From the NCBI RefSeq assembly GCF_038025025.1, contig NW_027117342.1, positions 124,001-188,000 on the forward strand: DNA of 64,000 bases, given 5' to 3'. Position 1 is the stretch's first letter. Each line of letters opens with the position of its first letter. The stretch comes from Phyllosticta citribraziliensis. Lineage: Eukaryota. Both the position numbers and the translations under genes were made by a program. Shown here one piece after another: positions 34,701 through 48,200 of this stretch. The notes under the pieces are model-generated. The model was given only the letters and a program-made list of their open reading frames with translations, searched no databases and was not told the DNA's origin.

Positions 34701-37700
34701 GTCTGCAGACGGCTCTCGATGGTGACCTCTGCCTGTGCGACGACGCCGGCCTTGGCAGCACCATCGACAACCAGGGCCGCAGCTTGGGGAGCAGCAATGG
34801 CAGCCTCAACGACCTCGTCCATGATGGCATCGGCCTCATCGTCACCCTCGTCGTCGCTGATGTCGGCGGCGTCGGTAGCAGCGGGACCAGCGGCGGCGGC
34901 CTGGCGAGCAGCCTCCTTCTTGTTGTTCTGCTTTTGCTGGACGGCATCGGCCAGAGAGACGGCGGTGCCGACCGCAGCAGTAGAGCTCTTCTCACCGCTG
35001 GCCTTGAGGAAGCCCCAGACGTTCTTGAAGACGGCGATGGCAGTCTCGAGAATACCCATAGCCTTGAGCTCCTCACCAACCTGGTTGAGCTGGGTGACCA
35101 CGGCCTTGGACTTGTTGTCGCGGTGCTGGTACTCTAGTGGCGGTGTTAGCAATTATTCAAAGGGAAGGGGGGTTTGGGGGGGTTTCGTACCAAGCCAGAC
35201 GCCCCTGAGAATGTTCTCGGCCTCGGACTCGCGGTTCTGGCGCTTCAGGTAGCGAGCATAGGCGATGCTGACCTGAATCTTGCGCTCGTGCGACTCCTGA
35301 GAGTCACGGTTGGCGCGGCAGTACTGGGTCAGACCGCGCCACAGAGAAATGTAGAGTTCCTCGGCGCGGACAAGATCGCCCTTCTCCTCGTACGTCTTGG
35401 CCATCTGGAGAGTAATCTCGACACGACGAATGTCGAAAATGTCAAGGGTCTGCTCGGCCGTCTCAAAGAGAGGCTGGGTGTACTGGACAACCTCCTCGTG
35501 CTTGGACGTCTTGTACAAGACGGCCTTGAGCTTCTCGGCAGCCGTCAGGGTATCCGCGGAGAACTTGCCACTCTGGGTAACGGTGTGCTGGTAAACCTCG
35601 CGGTAGACAGCCTCGGCCTTGTCATTCTCCTTGATGTCCGTGTACAGCTGGGCAAGCTCATTGTTGTACTTGGTGGCGAGCGTGCTGTTGGCGCCGTTGC
35701 GCTGCTTGTCGGTCTCAATGACGTACTTGAGCAGCTCCTCCTTGCGGGCAACCTCGTCGTTGCGGGCAGTGTGCTTGACATCCTCGGTGCTCTCAATGGC
35801 GGCAACTGCACAGTTGAGGGACAGCTCATGGCTCTTTCCAAGGACGGACTGGGCAGTCTTTGCAGCCTGGTAGAAAAACTTGTTGGCCTGAGCGGGAGCA
35901 TTCAGCTTTTTGTAGGAGAGAGCAAGGTTGATCGAGTTTTGCATGGTGCAGACGTGGTTGTCACCCAGAGCCTGCTGGCGAATGTTGTACGCCAAAAGCT
36001 GCTGCTCGTTGGCCTTGCTCATCAAGGTCTGCTTCTCCCAGGTGCTGCGCTCAAGCTGAACAAGCAGAGTGGAGCTGGGGAAGATGTTCTTGACCTCAGG
36101 GGTGAGGGGCTGGAGCTTGCCACCGACAAAGAAGGTCGAGCGCGTAAAGTGAGTCAACCAGTTGCGAGAGGCATACTCGAGCAGGCTGTTGGTGCGGAAG
36201 AGGTCCTCGACCTCATACGGCCTGAGCTCCTGAATGGAAGGCTCGACGTTGCGAGAGACGGAAGTCTTGACGTAGAGAAGCAGCCTGGTCGTAAGGTCCT
36301 TGTTGGCCTCGTCCAGCGGCATGAGGTATTGGTTCTCCTTGGTCAGCTGGAGCAGGTGAAGGCGAATCGACTCGTTGCGGAAGCGGACGGTCTTGTCCTG
36401 GATGATGATCAAAGATCCGCAAGCCTTCTGAATGTCCTCGACGACGTTGCCAGACCTGGGTTGATGGAAGCCCTTCTGGATGTTGAGCTCAAGCAGAAGC
36501 TGAATCTCGTTGGTGGTAAGGGGACGGTCGGCAGTCAGGAGCCAGCCAAAGATCAGACGAGCGTCGCCCTTGAGAGACAGTGTGCTGATGTGCTTGTCGA
36601 GAAGCTCCTTCTGGGTGGTCGGGAGTTCCTTGACAATGTTCTGGACATCGACAATCGAGCGGGCATTGTTGAAGAGCTGCAGGGCCATCTCGGCCCACGA
36701 AAGGGAGCCGTTGCTGCGTTGAGCCAGCTGGTCAGCGACCTCTTCAATCTCGTGCTTGTTTCCAATGCCGCAAGACTGCAGCCAGCCACGAGTGACGTGT
36801 TTGACATCCTCCTTGGTGCGCTCAGGGCCCATGGTGATGTGGCGGCTGGGGCGGGAGAAGGGCTTGGGCAGGGGCCTGGTAAGGATGATAACGCGGACGT
36901 TTTCATTCTTGGCCGCAATGTCGTGAAGCCTCTCGAACGCCTCAAACTCCTCGTCGCCCTCGAGAGCCTCCAGGCCGTCAATGACGAGAGCAACATCCTT
37001 CAATGGCTTCAGGGCAGTCTCGAGGGTGTACCAGAGCGCATCCTCAGCATCCTGAGTCATGTTGGTGTTGTTGTCGAGCTCGAGGACGTTGGCAAGGCAC
37101 CTGTAGAGGGCGACGTTGCCAACATTTTGCTCGAGGAGCTGGAGAAGAAGAGTCTTGACCAGGGCAATCTGCGTAGCCTGCGCAGGAATCTGGCCGTCGA
37201 CTTCGGCGTGAACAGCCTGGTAAGTCTTCCTGCCAATGGGGCGCTGCAGTCTCTCCAGGATCCAGCCGAAGAGGACGCTTTTGCCGGAGCCAGACTCGCC
37301 AGTGATGGTGAGAATGTTCTCCTTGCTCCTGACAAAGTCGACGAGGGGCCTGTCAAGCCACTCGCAGGTGTACTCGGCGCGCAAGACACGCGTGGCACGG
37401 CGGCCCGTGACCACGGCCTGAAGCGTGCGGTCCTGAGGAAGCAGCCACTGGCGAATTGTCTCGATGGAAACGCGAATGTCTATCTGGTCAGCAATGAAAC
37501 TTCAAGGTGGAAATTGAACTTACCAGTAAGCTCAGAAGAGTTCCTCAGCTGGTACGTCCACATCAGGTTGGCCATCTTGTCCTTGTGCTGAATGAAGGAC
37601 TCCATGAGGCGGCCAAACGTGATGTTGAAGTCGACCGTGACACTCGAGGTCGACATGGTCCTGGCGCTCTTGCGGTAGTAGACGGTGATTTCAATCGTCA

Positions 37701-38489
37701 AAGCGAGCATGTCCGACAGAGCAAGGCTGAGCTCCCTCCTCGCCTCCGGAACAGAGCGGAGGATGTGGTAGTTGCGAATGTAAAAGGCAAAGGCGAGGCC
37801 ATATTCGTGGAAAATGGAAAAGGCCCTCTCCAGAGCTTCGCCGTTTTGAGGACCAAGCTAAATTTGTTAGTCTGGAACAAGTTCGCGCAGGGGGAGAAAC
37901 TCACCTGGAGCAGGACTTGGAGGCATCCGATGATGACCTCTGCCGCTTCCTTGCTGGAATCAACAAAGGCCTCAACTCTCTCTCCGAATAGCGAGACCGA
38001 AGTAGCAAAGTACTCGGCCCACTTGAGAATCTTGTCCCATCGGCTGCCCTTGGGGGGCATCCGCCTCAGACGCTCGTGGCTGATGAAGCTGATGAAGGCT
38101 TCAATTGTGATTCCGGCGGCCAGCCACTCCTCCTTGCTCGACTTGAGCTCATCCTCCAACCTCTGCCTCAGCGAGGTCAAGGAGTCGTGCACGTCGCCAA
38201 TCATCTCCCGCCTGGGTGGTGACGGGGACTTTGCCCTGTTGATGACACTCTTGGCCTTCTTCAGCAGGCCCAAGTTGTTGTCCTCTTGAGCAATTGTGGT
38301 ATCAGAGACAATGGTGGCGGGAATGGAGTTGACCGACATCCTGTCTGCTTCAGGCTTTGCGGCGGGACGAGGGAGGGATAGTCGGCTGCGAGGAGCCTCG
38401 ATTGGTTTGGAGGTGGATTTGCTGGTGACGGGAGTCTGTGAAGACGAACCCGGGGTCTGCGACCTTTTGAGGCTAGAAAGAATGGACAT
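31785..38489 (-). CDS. Large NACHT-type NTPase with TPR-like helical repeats (fungal NLR-like), ~2167 aa
   Basis: Five exons (introns 37904-37858, 37523-37480, 35190-35134, 32578-32526) total 6504 nt in frame. Motifs RAEYTCEW, Walker A ITGESGSGKS, Walker B LVIDGL and LLEYASRNW, followed by kinesin-light-chain-like TPR segments (LG..H/N..TL). Confidence 0.9.
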
Positions 38490-41400
38490 GTCGGATTCGT
38501 TGGGTTGTGTAGAGTGGGCGTGGCCGTGATCCTTCCCAGATGGGTGGAAAACAATGGATGGGTTTGCGGCGTCTATACGAAAGAGACAGTGTCAGCTCAT
38601 AACACGTGGCGTGGCGGATTGATATCAGAGATCTAGAATGCTCTGATGGGGCAGCCCACCTTCTTCGCCTTCACCACGAATGCCCAAAACTCCTAAGGCT
38701 TCCGAGAGACCCTTGCGAACGCGGTGCTTCTTGCCACGTTGGAGGAAGCTTGGAAGCTTTTCTTTGGTAGTAGGACGCATTGATCAATGCTGATCTCACC
38801 GCCTTTGTGGCTTGGGAATAAAGGGTATACGGATAACAATGGGGCAGAAATGAAGCGAAGAGAAGAGGCAGGGTTGACGTTACTTTGAGATTCAGGTTCC
38901 CCGAACACGCAGCCTACAATATATGTATACTTCGGCTTGCTAGGCTGCATCTTGAAACGTCATGGCGAGCCCATCTGTGCCACCAAGGCAAATAAAATGG
39001 AGACGAGCACTTATCTCCAGGGGGTGTGACCATTGGAGAGACCAGAGATTGGCATGAGACAATTGACTAATGCACTTGGGCCCGTCCAGTTTGGGAGGCG
39101 ATCCTCCGGCTTGACTAGGTCTATGAAGGCATCAGCGATGCAGTGGACCGGTGTCTCCGCACAAGCGCTGCTGTTGTTGTTCGAAATTCTTGTCGGGGGC
39201 GCCGACACGCATTGCTTGTGCCCCCTTTTTGCGTCAAGAGGCATTGCACGCCTCGGCGGTGAAGGCTTCTCTGATTTTGATAAATGCAGAGGACCGGGCC
39301 GGGGCGCGATTAAGCTCAGCGAATGGCACCTGTGGAACCCCTGGAAAAGGGATTTTTGCCGATGGCGACGCGAGCAGTCACCCGTGCGGAGAGCTTCTTG
39401 ACCGCTATTTGTGTGACCGAGGGACGATTGCGTCTTGCAGCTCTGAACATCCATACTGGATTGAATCTTCTACCTCAGCCCTGCCGCTCATCAGTGCCAG
39501 CAGTCGCAAGCTCGGCTTGATGGAAGACTGATCACATTGTGCTCCTTCAAGGTACGCACTGCACCATGGTTCTTTTAGTGGATCCCGGAATGCGAGAAGG
39601 AGCTTTCACCAGCACACACGCCCAATGGCTCTTTGCAGAGGCGCTAACCCGGAAAGGCCGATGAGAGTCGCCACCAAGGCTTGTGCATGGAAACAAAACG
39701 GTTGCTGGCGAGCGACTTCGGTTCTCAGCCACTTCGTGTTGAGCGCGTGGACGACGAGGCGAAGCTTTGACGCAGAGTTCGAAGGACGACGGGGACCACG
39801 ACGCGGCCTCGGGCACAAGGGTCTGGCCGCAAGTGGGTGTCCCGCGATCCGTTCGTCGCCAGCGATGCGGCCCGTTTTGGCGCTCGAGTCAGCCTGCGTC
39901 ATTGCGTCTGCTACTCCACGCTTTCCTCGCTCGGTCGAGTGATGAGCGTACGTAATTCCATTCTGGAAGGATAGGAGAGCAAAAGGAGCACAACAGTATT
40001 GGTGGCCGGAAGATCCTCCTGAGCGAGCTTGTGCAATCCCAAAGAATGCGGGGCTGGCAGGCGTTTCTTTTGCATCAACAACAACAACGACAAGTGTTAC
40101 AAGATGGACGATCAAACGACTGCAGAATGTTCAGTCAGCCACAACTGACCACGGCATCATGGCGCAGTCGCACCCGCGTTAGAGATACACAAGACCTACA
40201 GTCTCAAGTCCTGACAGCCGACGGGGAGCAGCACCATTGCGGCCATGCGCCTCCGCGTCCTTCCAGGCTCTGGGGATAATAATAGCTCCGGATTCGACGG
40301 GAAATGGGACCAGTTAATCATTGCGCTCAAGCGATCTTTCCATGATTTCTATGGTGATCCGGACATTCCAGATTGGGATTCGCGCTCAGACTGCTCCCAA
40401 GAGACTGGTCACCAATTGGTGCTTCGTATAGCTCACTGGTGCAATGTGAGGTAGATTGCGTTCGGTCTGTCCGCGATGGACGCGGCGTCTGCTCATTCAA
40501 TTACAGCAGTTTGGTTGACCGGAAACTGCACAACGGGAATTTGGCGCATACTTTGGGAGGGAATGGCGTGTTCATCTCCTTCGTCTAGAATCCACGTGTA
40601 AGCCTTGGCCTTGGAGTGAGCAGTTTGAGGGGAAATGCTATTGTTGTACCACGGCCGTGTGCTGCCCAATGGGGACGCGTGGGACCGGAGCCTCCGCCTG
40701 TTGTGCATCCTGAGGAGGGGCACATCTCCACGACTCCGCTCGAGGACGCGTAGTAGGCGCTGTGTTTCATGCCACCTTGCCATACACGCAATGCTGCTGG
40801 CTTCCGCTGTCGTCCTCGGGGAGCAGGTGCTCGCTCCGCCAGTGGCTACGAGTCGGTAGTGAAGAGTGGAGAAGCCCAGGACTTGGTCATCTCACAAACT
40901 CGTCTTGACAGTCTATTCTGAGAAATGCTTGGTTGAGCTTTGGTGTTGATCTGGTGGCACTGCCCACCTCTCGTATGCCGTGTAGATTGGCGTTCTGCAA
41001 ATTGCTACGGATCATCTGGGTGAGTGAGGTTGCTGAGTGGAGTGATTTGCTTCGCAAGTAGTGCTGGCCTGACCGAGGATCATGAGAGCTTTGGACAGGG
41101 AAGCTCGTTTGCTTGAGGATCAGGACATTCCGGAGAAGGCGGTAGAAAATTGGAGACGCTCATTTTGCTTTTGCTGATGGAGAGCGTGGCGATGCAAGGG
41201 CAGAGATGGGACTGGCGGGCGGTGCAAGTCGGCGGGAGGATGCTGAACTGGTCGGACGGATTTGCACTCGGATCTGCGATGAATGGGATGCGCATTGATT
41301 GGATTGCTTCTGGGGCACGATTGAGGTGAGTGAGAGGTTGATGAGAGGTGCAAACAAGGTCGACGTGTTGTCGCAAGCAAGCGCGACGGCATGGTGGGCG

Positions 41401-41635
41401 CTAAACCGTCGACCAATCGGGTCCGAAGGCCTGCCACTAGCCCATCCGCCTTGAACGACACTCCTTCTCACACACTTCACCAACATTATCCAGACCTCAG
41501 CTCATTGCAATGTCGCGTGTATCCGTTGTGCTCTTTGATTCGTCAATCATTTCATCATACGTACAAAGAAAGACGGTGCAATACACAGGCGCCAATTACT
41601 CTCTTGGGTCAAACATCTCATTCACCTCTTTCACA

Positions 41636-43413
41636 CTACCTGCAGTCAACCGGCGAGTGTGCTTCGTCTTCCATGTCCAAGTCCGCGGCACTGTATCTGA
41701 TATTCCAATCCGTCTTTTTCCTGATAATCAGCTTGTCCTTTCCTTCGCTCAGGGCACTCGAATCCAACATCTCTTGATGATTGCGCTCGCCGCGGTTGGA
41801 GCCTCGCCTTTTCCCACCCCCTTCGGAGTCGCCATTTAGTGACAAGGGGCCCTCTGCGTTGGCCGTCACTGTCGCGGTCGCTGCCGAGCCTCTCCTCCCG
41901 CACATTTCGCCCAGTCGCTCTCGGCTCCCTGCTCTTGACGGGGCCATGCTCGCCAACTGCTCTTTGCTTCCTGATCGCGAAACCAGTCCATTTTGGCTGA
42001 CCGAGCCCCGCCTCGTGTACATTTCGCCTAATCGTTCTCGACTCCCAGCCCTCGACGGGGCCAAGCTCGCTAGTTGCTCTTTGCTTCCCGATCTGGACAC
42101 CAGCCCATTGTGGTGCATCGAAGCGGCGTCCAGCAGATCTACGCTTCGCACCGTCGGTGCACGTCCGCCCGAGAAGCCACGTCCTCCGTAGGGACCGCCA
42201 ATCTCTTTTTCGAACGGCAATGCCTCTGCGAAAGAAGTCGAGGGAAACCTGCAGAGAGATGGCTCGGGCTTGTCGTCGATGCACATGCTATGGTCGACCA
42301 TTCCTCCGACCGGGCCACCGTGGTCCATCCAGTTGCCGTCAGCAACAGCTTGAGAGGCTCGAATGTTGACAATTGCGGCATTGGTATCGTCCAAAGTTGG
42401 ACACAAACAGGGGATTATTCCAGCAAGAATGGAGTAGTGTTGTTCAAACAAACTCAGAATGACGAGCGGAACAAGGTCAAACGTCAGATCCGTCGAGTTG
42501 ATGCTCCGATGCAGGAACAAAAGGCGCAGAGCTTCGATGGGTATCAACCTGAATGGTAAGCATGCAGCAAGAATTTCGAGCGCCGGATGATCGACATACA
42601 GCAACCGGAAACCGAAGCCAGTGATGACTGTGAGTTTTGAAGACAGTGGCATTCTGATGCCGGCCAACAGACCTGCCGGTGAGGCCACGAGCACGACCTC
42701 GATGAACAAGCCAAGTGCTCCGAAAGAGTCCCAAATCTGGGGCTGTTGATCGTGTTAGAATGTTCCACGAATCTTTCCAGTGGACTCACCCAATTCGAAC
42801 AGCGATCGGCATCAAGTTCCCACGGTCGAGACGGTTTGCAGGTGATGGAAACAGTAAGAACAAAAGCACTGCCCCAAAGGAGCGTGAAAGCAGATGTCGC
42901 ATAAGATGTAAGAATCCTTGTTCGTCTATGAGACAAACGTTCGAGCAGTTGCGACGTCGCCACTTTGCTGAGCGTGAGAGAGGCGACAAATAGTATGTTG
43001 GCCGAATATACAAGCTGCTTCCTGTCAGAGCTCGTCAACCAGTCTTTTTTGGCCACACACCTGTTGGACATTGTCCTTTTGATCAGTGTCCAGATCGTCC
43101 ACGTGATGACCCAAGCCTTTCCGCACCGCCAGCAAAATCAGCGTCGTCTGCGCAACCGCGCATATCTGTCAAGTGGTAAGCACCATCCAAATTCGACAAT
43201 CTCTGAGCTAACCATTGAGAGCACATTGGCCGCGTCGTCGGATCCGAAGAGCAATGAAAATGGATACCTAATGGACAGCCGGAGGGCAGTGAGAAAGACC
43301 AAGCTTCCAAGTAAGAGCGACGCGGCGATATTGACAAACAGGCCGCGATCTTCCGTCGTTCCGACAGTGTTTGTTGGCGTTGACGCCGTCGAGTTGTACA
43401 GTGGATCACTCAT
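41636..43413 (-). CDS. PTH11-like (fungal rhodopsin-domain) integral membrane protein, multi-exon, no CFEM domain seen
   Basis: DRGLFVNIA..., GSDDAAN, YSANILFVASLTLSK, C.PSRPW....C, KLTVITGFGFRL, EQHYSILAGIIPCL.P are spread over four minus-strand ORF pieces separated by short introns. Confidence 0.8.
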
Positions 43414-46258
43414 CTTGAGTCGGAGAACCAGGCAAGACAACAGCCTGAGATTCTAGGCGAACGCTGGACTCTTTAGTAACTCACGCGAGTGGGCTGTCGC
43501 AACAAACCCCACAGAATCTTCACCCTGGTTGTTTCGGTGGTCCCAGGCTGTCCCGCTGCCGCAGAGATGTACGGTACGGTGCCGGGCAACAGCATGGGTG
43601 GACCAGCAGTTACCACTTTAAAGTCTGCTCGCGTGTGGTGCGGCAAGGTTGCCTGCCCAAATCGAGAGCCTCTTGTCCAAAGTTGTCTTTCATTCCCAAA
43701 CAAACATCCGTCCAACCTTGTCAGAGCAGGGATGCAGCAGCAAAAGCCACGCTCGCGGCTCTTGAAGTAAACGAGGGCGGGAGGCGGACCAGAGATCTGC
43801 TTGTTGTCGCCTGGCCACGGCAGTTATCCTCGCCAGATTGAGTTTGCGGCATAGATTGGAACGCGGAAAATCTGCCAGGTACATTTTGATTTCCTTGCAA
43901 CCAAACTCTGCGGCAAAGCAACCTCTGATTGAAGTCTTGTCCTGCTCCAACACCGGGGAGGAAGTATTCGCCTGTACGCACTGATTGGTGTTGTCCAGAT
44001 CCATGTCCTCGGGAACAGGGAACGCGGCGGCTCGACGCCGTGTTGACACTTCGATCAAAATGAAACTCGGGAACGATTCTCCCCGCATGTTTACCCATCA
44101 AGGTTATTTTTGCACAAAGAGATCCTTGAGATTGTCCACTTCACCGCTCGAAATTTCCACTCAGTTCTCTTTCGCTGTTGCTGAGCGCGCTTGCATCGAG
44201 TGCTCTTGATAGACTTGGGTTTCTCAGTATCGAGAATCCAAAAGGCACTGCTCGCGGAGACTAGCAGCAGCTAGATTCATAATCAGTAGTCATGATGGGA
44301 AATTGATGGCAATGCGCAGACTTTCAAATAGCCTTTCGTGGAGTTTGTTTTGTCAATAATCGCAAAGCATCAACCGAAGCTAACGATGTTTCAGAAAACT
44401 GGCCGCTGGCTTCCAACGCCTCTTGAGTCGTTTCGAAACCCATTTCGGTGACCTTCGACAGATCCGAAAGCGAGCTTTCTGCCGCGCTGCTGTTTTCACA
44501 GCAGAGCCAACCCTGACAATCGTCGAATAGCAAAGCCCAGCTTCCCGGGAGCGCTTCCCCGTGGGTCGGCTGGAGCGGAATGCGCCACAGCCGTCCCGCA
44601 AAGCATGCGCTAGAGCACCTCTGGTTGATGCTCTTGCGCCGGAATCTGTGATTTGGACCACTCTCGGATCTCTTGCAAGCCGGAACACTGAGTTTGAAGG
44701 CAAAACTGTGACCACGCTCATTCAGCTGCACTTTCTGGAGGAATTCGGGCTCAGTCAAAAAAATCAGCTTTCCGCAAGCGCCTCCTGCGACAGAAGCTCG
44801 TGTTCTTCGTTCCCAGTCCCGAGCAGCGCGGCTTGCATGTCATACAAGGATGGCAGCTGGGCCGGCCCATGGTGTTGTATAATTCGGAGACATCACTCCA
44901 TCAACAACCATGCCCCGCTCCAAGCAAGATACACTTTACAGACCTGCCGCGAGAGCCTCTGCCCGCCCGTGAGACAGAAAAGTGGTAGCGAGCCGCTCGA
45001 TCGTTCGATGGACCACAGCTCCACGCCTGTACTCCCATTGTCGAACGTCTGAAGCAGATGTGCCATTTATATCGTTGCTTGTTAAGGTAAGGCGGCCGCA
45101 GTGGCGCTTTTGTTGGTACAATGATATTTGCGCCGCGTAGACTGCTCACTGTGAAGAGGCAGCCCGAAAGAGTCATTGCGTTAATGAGACTCCCATCTTG
45201 TCCACATGTGTAGAGCAATGGCCGCTGCTGCTGCCGTCCATCAAGTCTCTGACACTGGCCATGTAAAACCACCGTGCCCAAGTACAGACCTTCGCGTGGA
45301 CGGAGCAAGAAGGTATGATGCCGTGACCGCGTTGAAAAACGTACCGGGTTGACTGCAAGATTGAAGATGAGGACCGCATCGCATCGCACAATCGCACTTC
45401 AGTCTCAAGTAGTGCACATTTTCCCGTGCGTCACCTCTAGACGCTTCTTCTCAGGAGCTTCTTCTGACCCAGCTACCCGGATGACTGGCGATTCAGATCC
45501 CAATGCACGACTTGAACACTGAAGCTTTTTGAATGTCAATCTAGACCGCGCTGTGAGAACTCACTGCCGCAAGTGACGCATGACCGATCCATCCATGGAG
45601 ACAGCGCAATATTGCGCTACTAGACGCGAGGGAAGAACAAGTCGAAGCACGATCGTAGCTTGAAGCCTGCAACAACGCCAATGTCGAGTTGAAGCCTTTC
45701 AAGATCTCAGGCGAGTTGCACAGTAACACCGTGGCATCACTTGACATCCTGTCACCTCCAAAGTGGACATCAACACGAGAGGTGAGGTGACGAACCTTCA
45801 ATTTGGCTCCGCCGACTTCCAATGGCCACCAACCAAGAACGGCTTTCTCACTATGGCTTGTCCCCATTTTCAGTCGCAGGTGGTCACGTGTGAACCGTTA
45901 GATGGGCTCTGTGTCAGAGTAAGCGTTGCCAGTTGCGCCCTGAGGCTTCATCGTGGTTGAACAACATAATCGTCGATTACCACATCGAGATCGTCGATTT
46001 TTTGGTCGCGTTGGGTTCTGTTGGATAAAGACTGAGGCCTTGCCAGTACCATGGAGTCCTCGCAGAGGATCCAGAATGCTCGACCATCGCGATCTGATGA
46101 TAGCTCGATGTATCGATGAGGAATCGGCCTTCAAGGACTGTCAGTACCACACACGTCTCTCGCGAGCATCTAGGGTTATTTAGCTGATGACTGACCTCGA
46201 AAAGTCCCTGCTCTTCATCAGATGCCAACGCTTTCGTTAGTTCAAATCATTCGATTCA

Positions 46259-47933
46259 ATGTCACCTGGAAAACCACCATGCCGTTCGTCAGACGGCGAA
46301 AAGTCCTTTGGAGACTACACGACCTTCGTCCACGTCCAGCCACACGTGGACGAGCTGGCTCTCAAGCTGGACAAGCACGGAATCCCGCTTTCACCGCAGC
46401 CGTCCGCAGAACCCAAGGACTCACTCAACTGCCCCAAATGGTTGAAGTGGGTTGTTCTGGTGCAGATCTCGGCGCTGTCATTCACGACATACCTGTCAGC
46501 GTCCATGGTGGTACGTCGTAGCGATAATTCCGCTTCTAGCGCTTCCAGCGCCGCGCATGAAGGAAGGCTAGCTTGACTGACGAACAAACATCTAGTCTCC
46601 CGCCTTTTTCCCGCTCTCGCGCTACCTGCACCGGCACCGCGGCCTTTCCGACACGGCCTATACGACGAGCATCGTCCTGGCGACGACGGGCGTGTCGCCA
46701 TTCTTCTGGAACCCGCTGTCCAACGTGCTGGGCCGGCGGCCCATCTGGCTGCTATGTCTGCTAGGCTCCGCAGCCACGTCTGCCGCCTCTGGCGCCGCGC
46801 GCAATTATGAAGTGTTGCTCGCGCTGCGTGCGTTGGCAGGCATCTTTACAGGCATCCCGCAGGCCCTGGGCTCGCCGACCGTGTGCGATATGTTCTTTGC
46901 GCACGAGCGCGGCTTCTACATGGGCCTATACGCGGTGTCGAGCATCGCCGGGGCTCACGCGGCGCCGGTGCTGGGCGGCTTCGTTGCGCGGGCGGGAGGC
47001 TGGCGTTGGACATTTTACGGCGCGGCCGTGGGCTTTGGCGCACTGTTGCTGCCGTTCGTGCTGAGCGTGCCCGAAACGCTGTTCTCGCGGAGTCCGGCGG
47101 CGTTGGCTCTGGCGCAGCACCGCTCGTGGCGTGACAACTTGCTCATGAGGGGGCGGCCAAGGGCCGGCGAGAAGCGCCTCGCTGCGGTCGACTTTGTGCG
47201 CGCCTGGCAAATGCTCAAGTACCCCTCTGTGCTGCTACCAGCCTTGTATCTTGCTGTGTCGCTGGGGTTCGGCAGCATCATCTTCATCCTGAGCGGCCCG
47301 GCCATCTTCTCGTCGCTGTACGGCTTCGCACCATATCAGATTGGCATGCTGGTAGGGCTGTCGCTGACCCTCGGCAATCTCGCTGGCGAAGTGTTTGCGG
47401 GTGGCTTCTGCGATTGGGTCAGCGAGTCGCGGGCGCTCCAAAGAGGTGGAAAGAGGAGGGCAGAAGACAGACTGTTGGCGATCTTGCCGGGTACGATTCT
47501 GACACCAGCCGGACTGATCCTCGAGGGCTTCTGCATCCAGAGGCGGACGCACTGGTCTGGACCTGCCCTGGGAATCGCCATGTCGAGCGTTGGTTTCCAA
47601 ATCGTGACGACAGTGGTGTTTACGTACACAGCAGAGGTGAGTCGAGATCGATGATGCATCTCCTGGTGGGCGCATGGCTGACTAGTCGCCTTTCAGTGCT
47701 ACAAATCGCAAGCGGCTCATACCGGCACCATCATCAACTTCTTTTGCGACATGTTTGGCTTTTGTGTTGCGTTTTACGACTTGAAGATGGGCGAAACGCT
47801 GGGATTCCAAGCGGCATGGACCATTCTGGCAATGATCAATGTTGCATTCTTCTTTCCAGTGCTGATACTCTTTTGGAAGGGAGAACAATGACGTGAGAGG
47901 CTGGGGCCGCCACAGTTTGACCAAGATCTGTAG
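46259..47933 (+). CDS. MFS transporter (DHA1-like); premature stop 14 codons before the probable ancestral end
   Basis: Exons 46259-46510, 46596-47636 and 47697 onward. Motifs PQPSAEPKDSLN, FFWNPLSNVLGRRP, CDMFFAHERG, WRWTF, VPETLF, EDRL. The last exon reads WKGEQ*RERLGPPQFDQDL*. Confidence 0.85.
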
Positions 47934-48200
47934 AGTGAAGACTTTCGGGCCTTCTTAGATCTGTTCAGATATATTTCCAATTCATCTTTCGTTTTCGGTC
48001 AGTACTTGGATAGAAATGGTCTGATTTGCGATCATGTTGGATGGCAGAGGCAACAACGGCTGACTTGATGCATGAAATCTGTATGCAAACAAAAGTTTGC
48101 AAACCTCTACTGAATTTATCCAGAACCCGCAAAACTTGTGAGCAGTCAGCGTTGTTGTGGCCTGAAAGGGCGAGAATATAAGAAGACTTACAACGGCCTT

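Noticed and set aside
31737..37591. Long plus-strand ORFs (805, 464, 378 and 285 aa)
   Set aside because: Antisense shadows of the codon-biased NACHT-TPR gene; no independent motifs.
43690..46200. Possible degenerate gene(s) between the PTH11-like and MFS genes
   Set aside because: Multiple stops in every frame and no recognisable motif.
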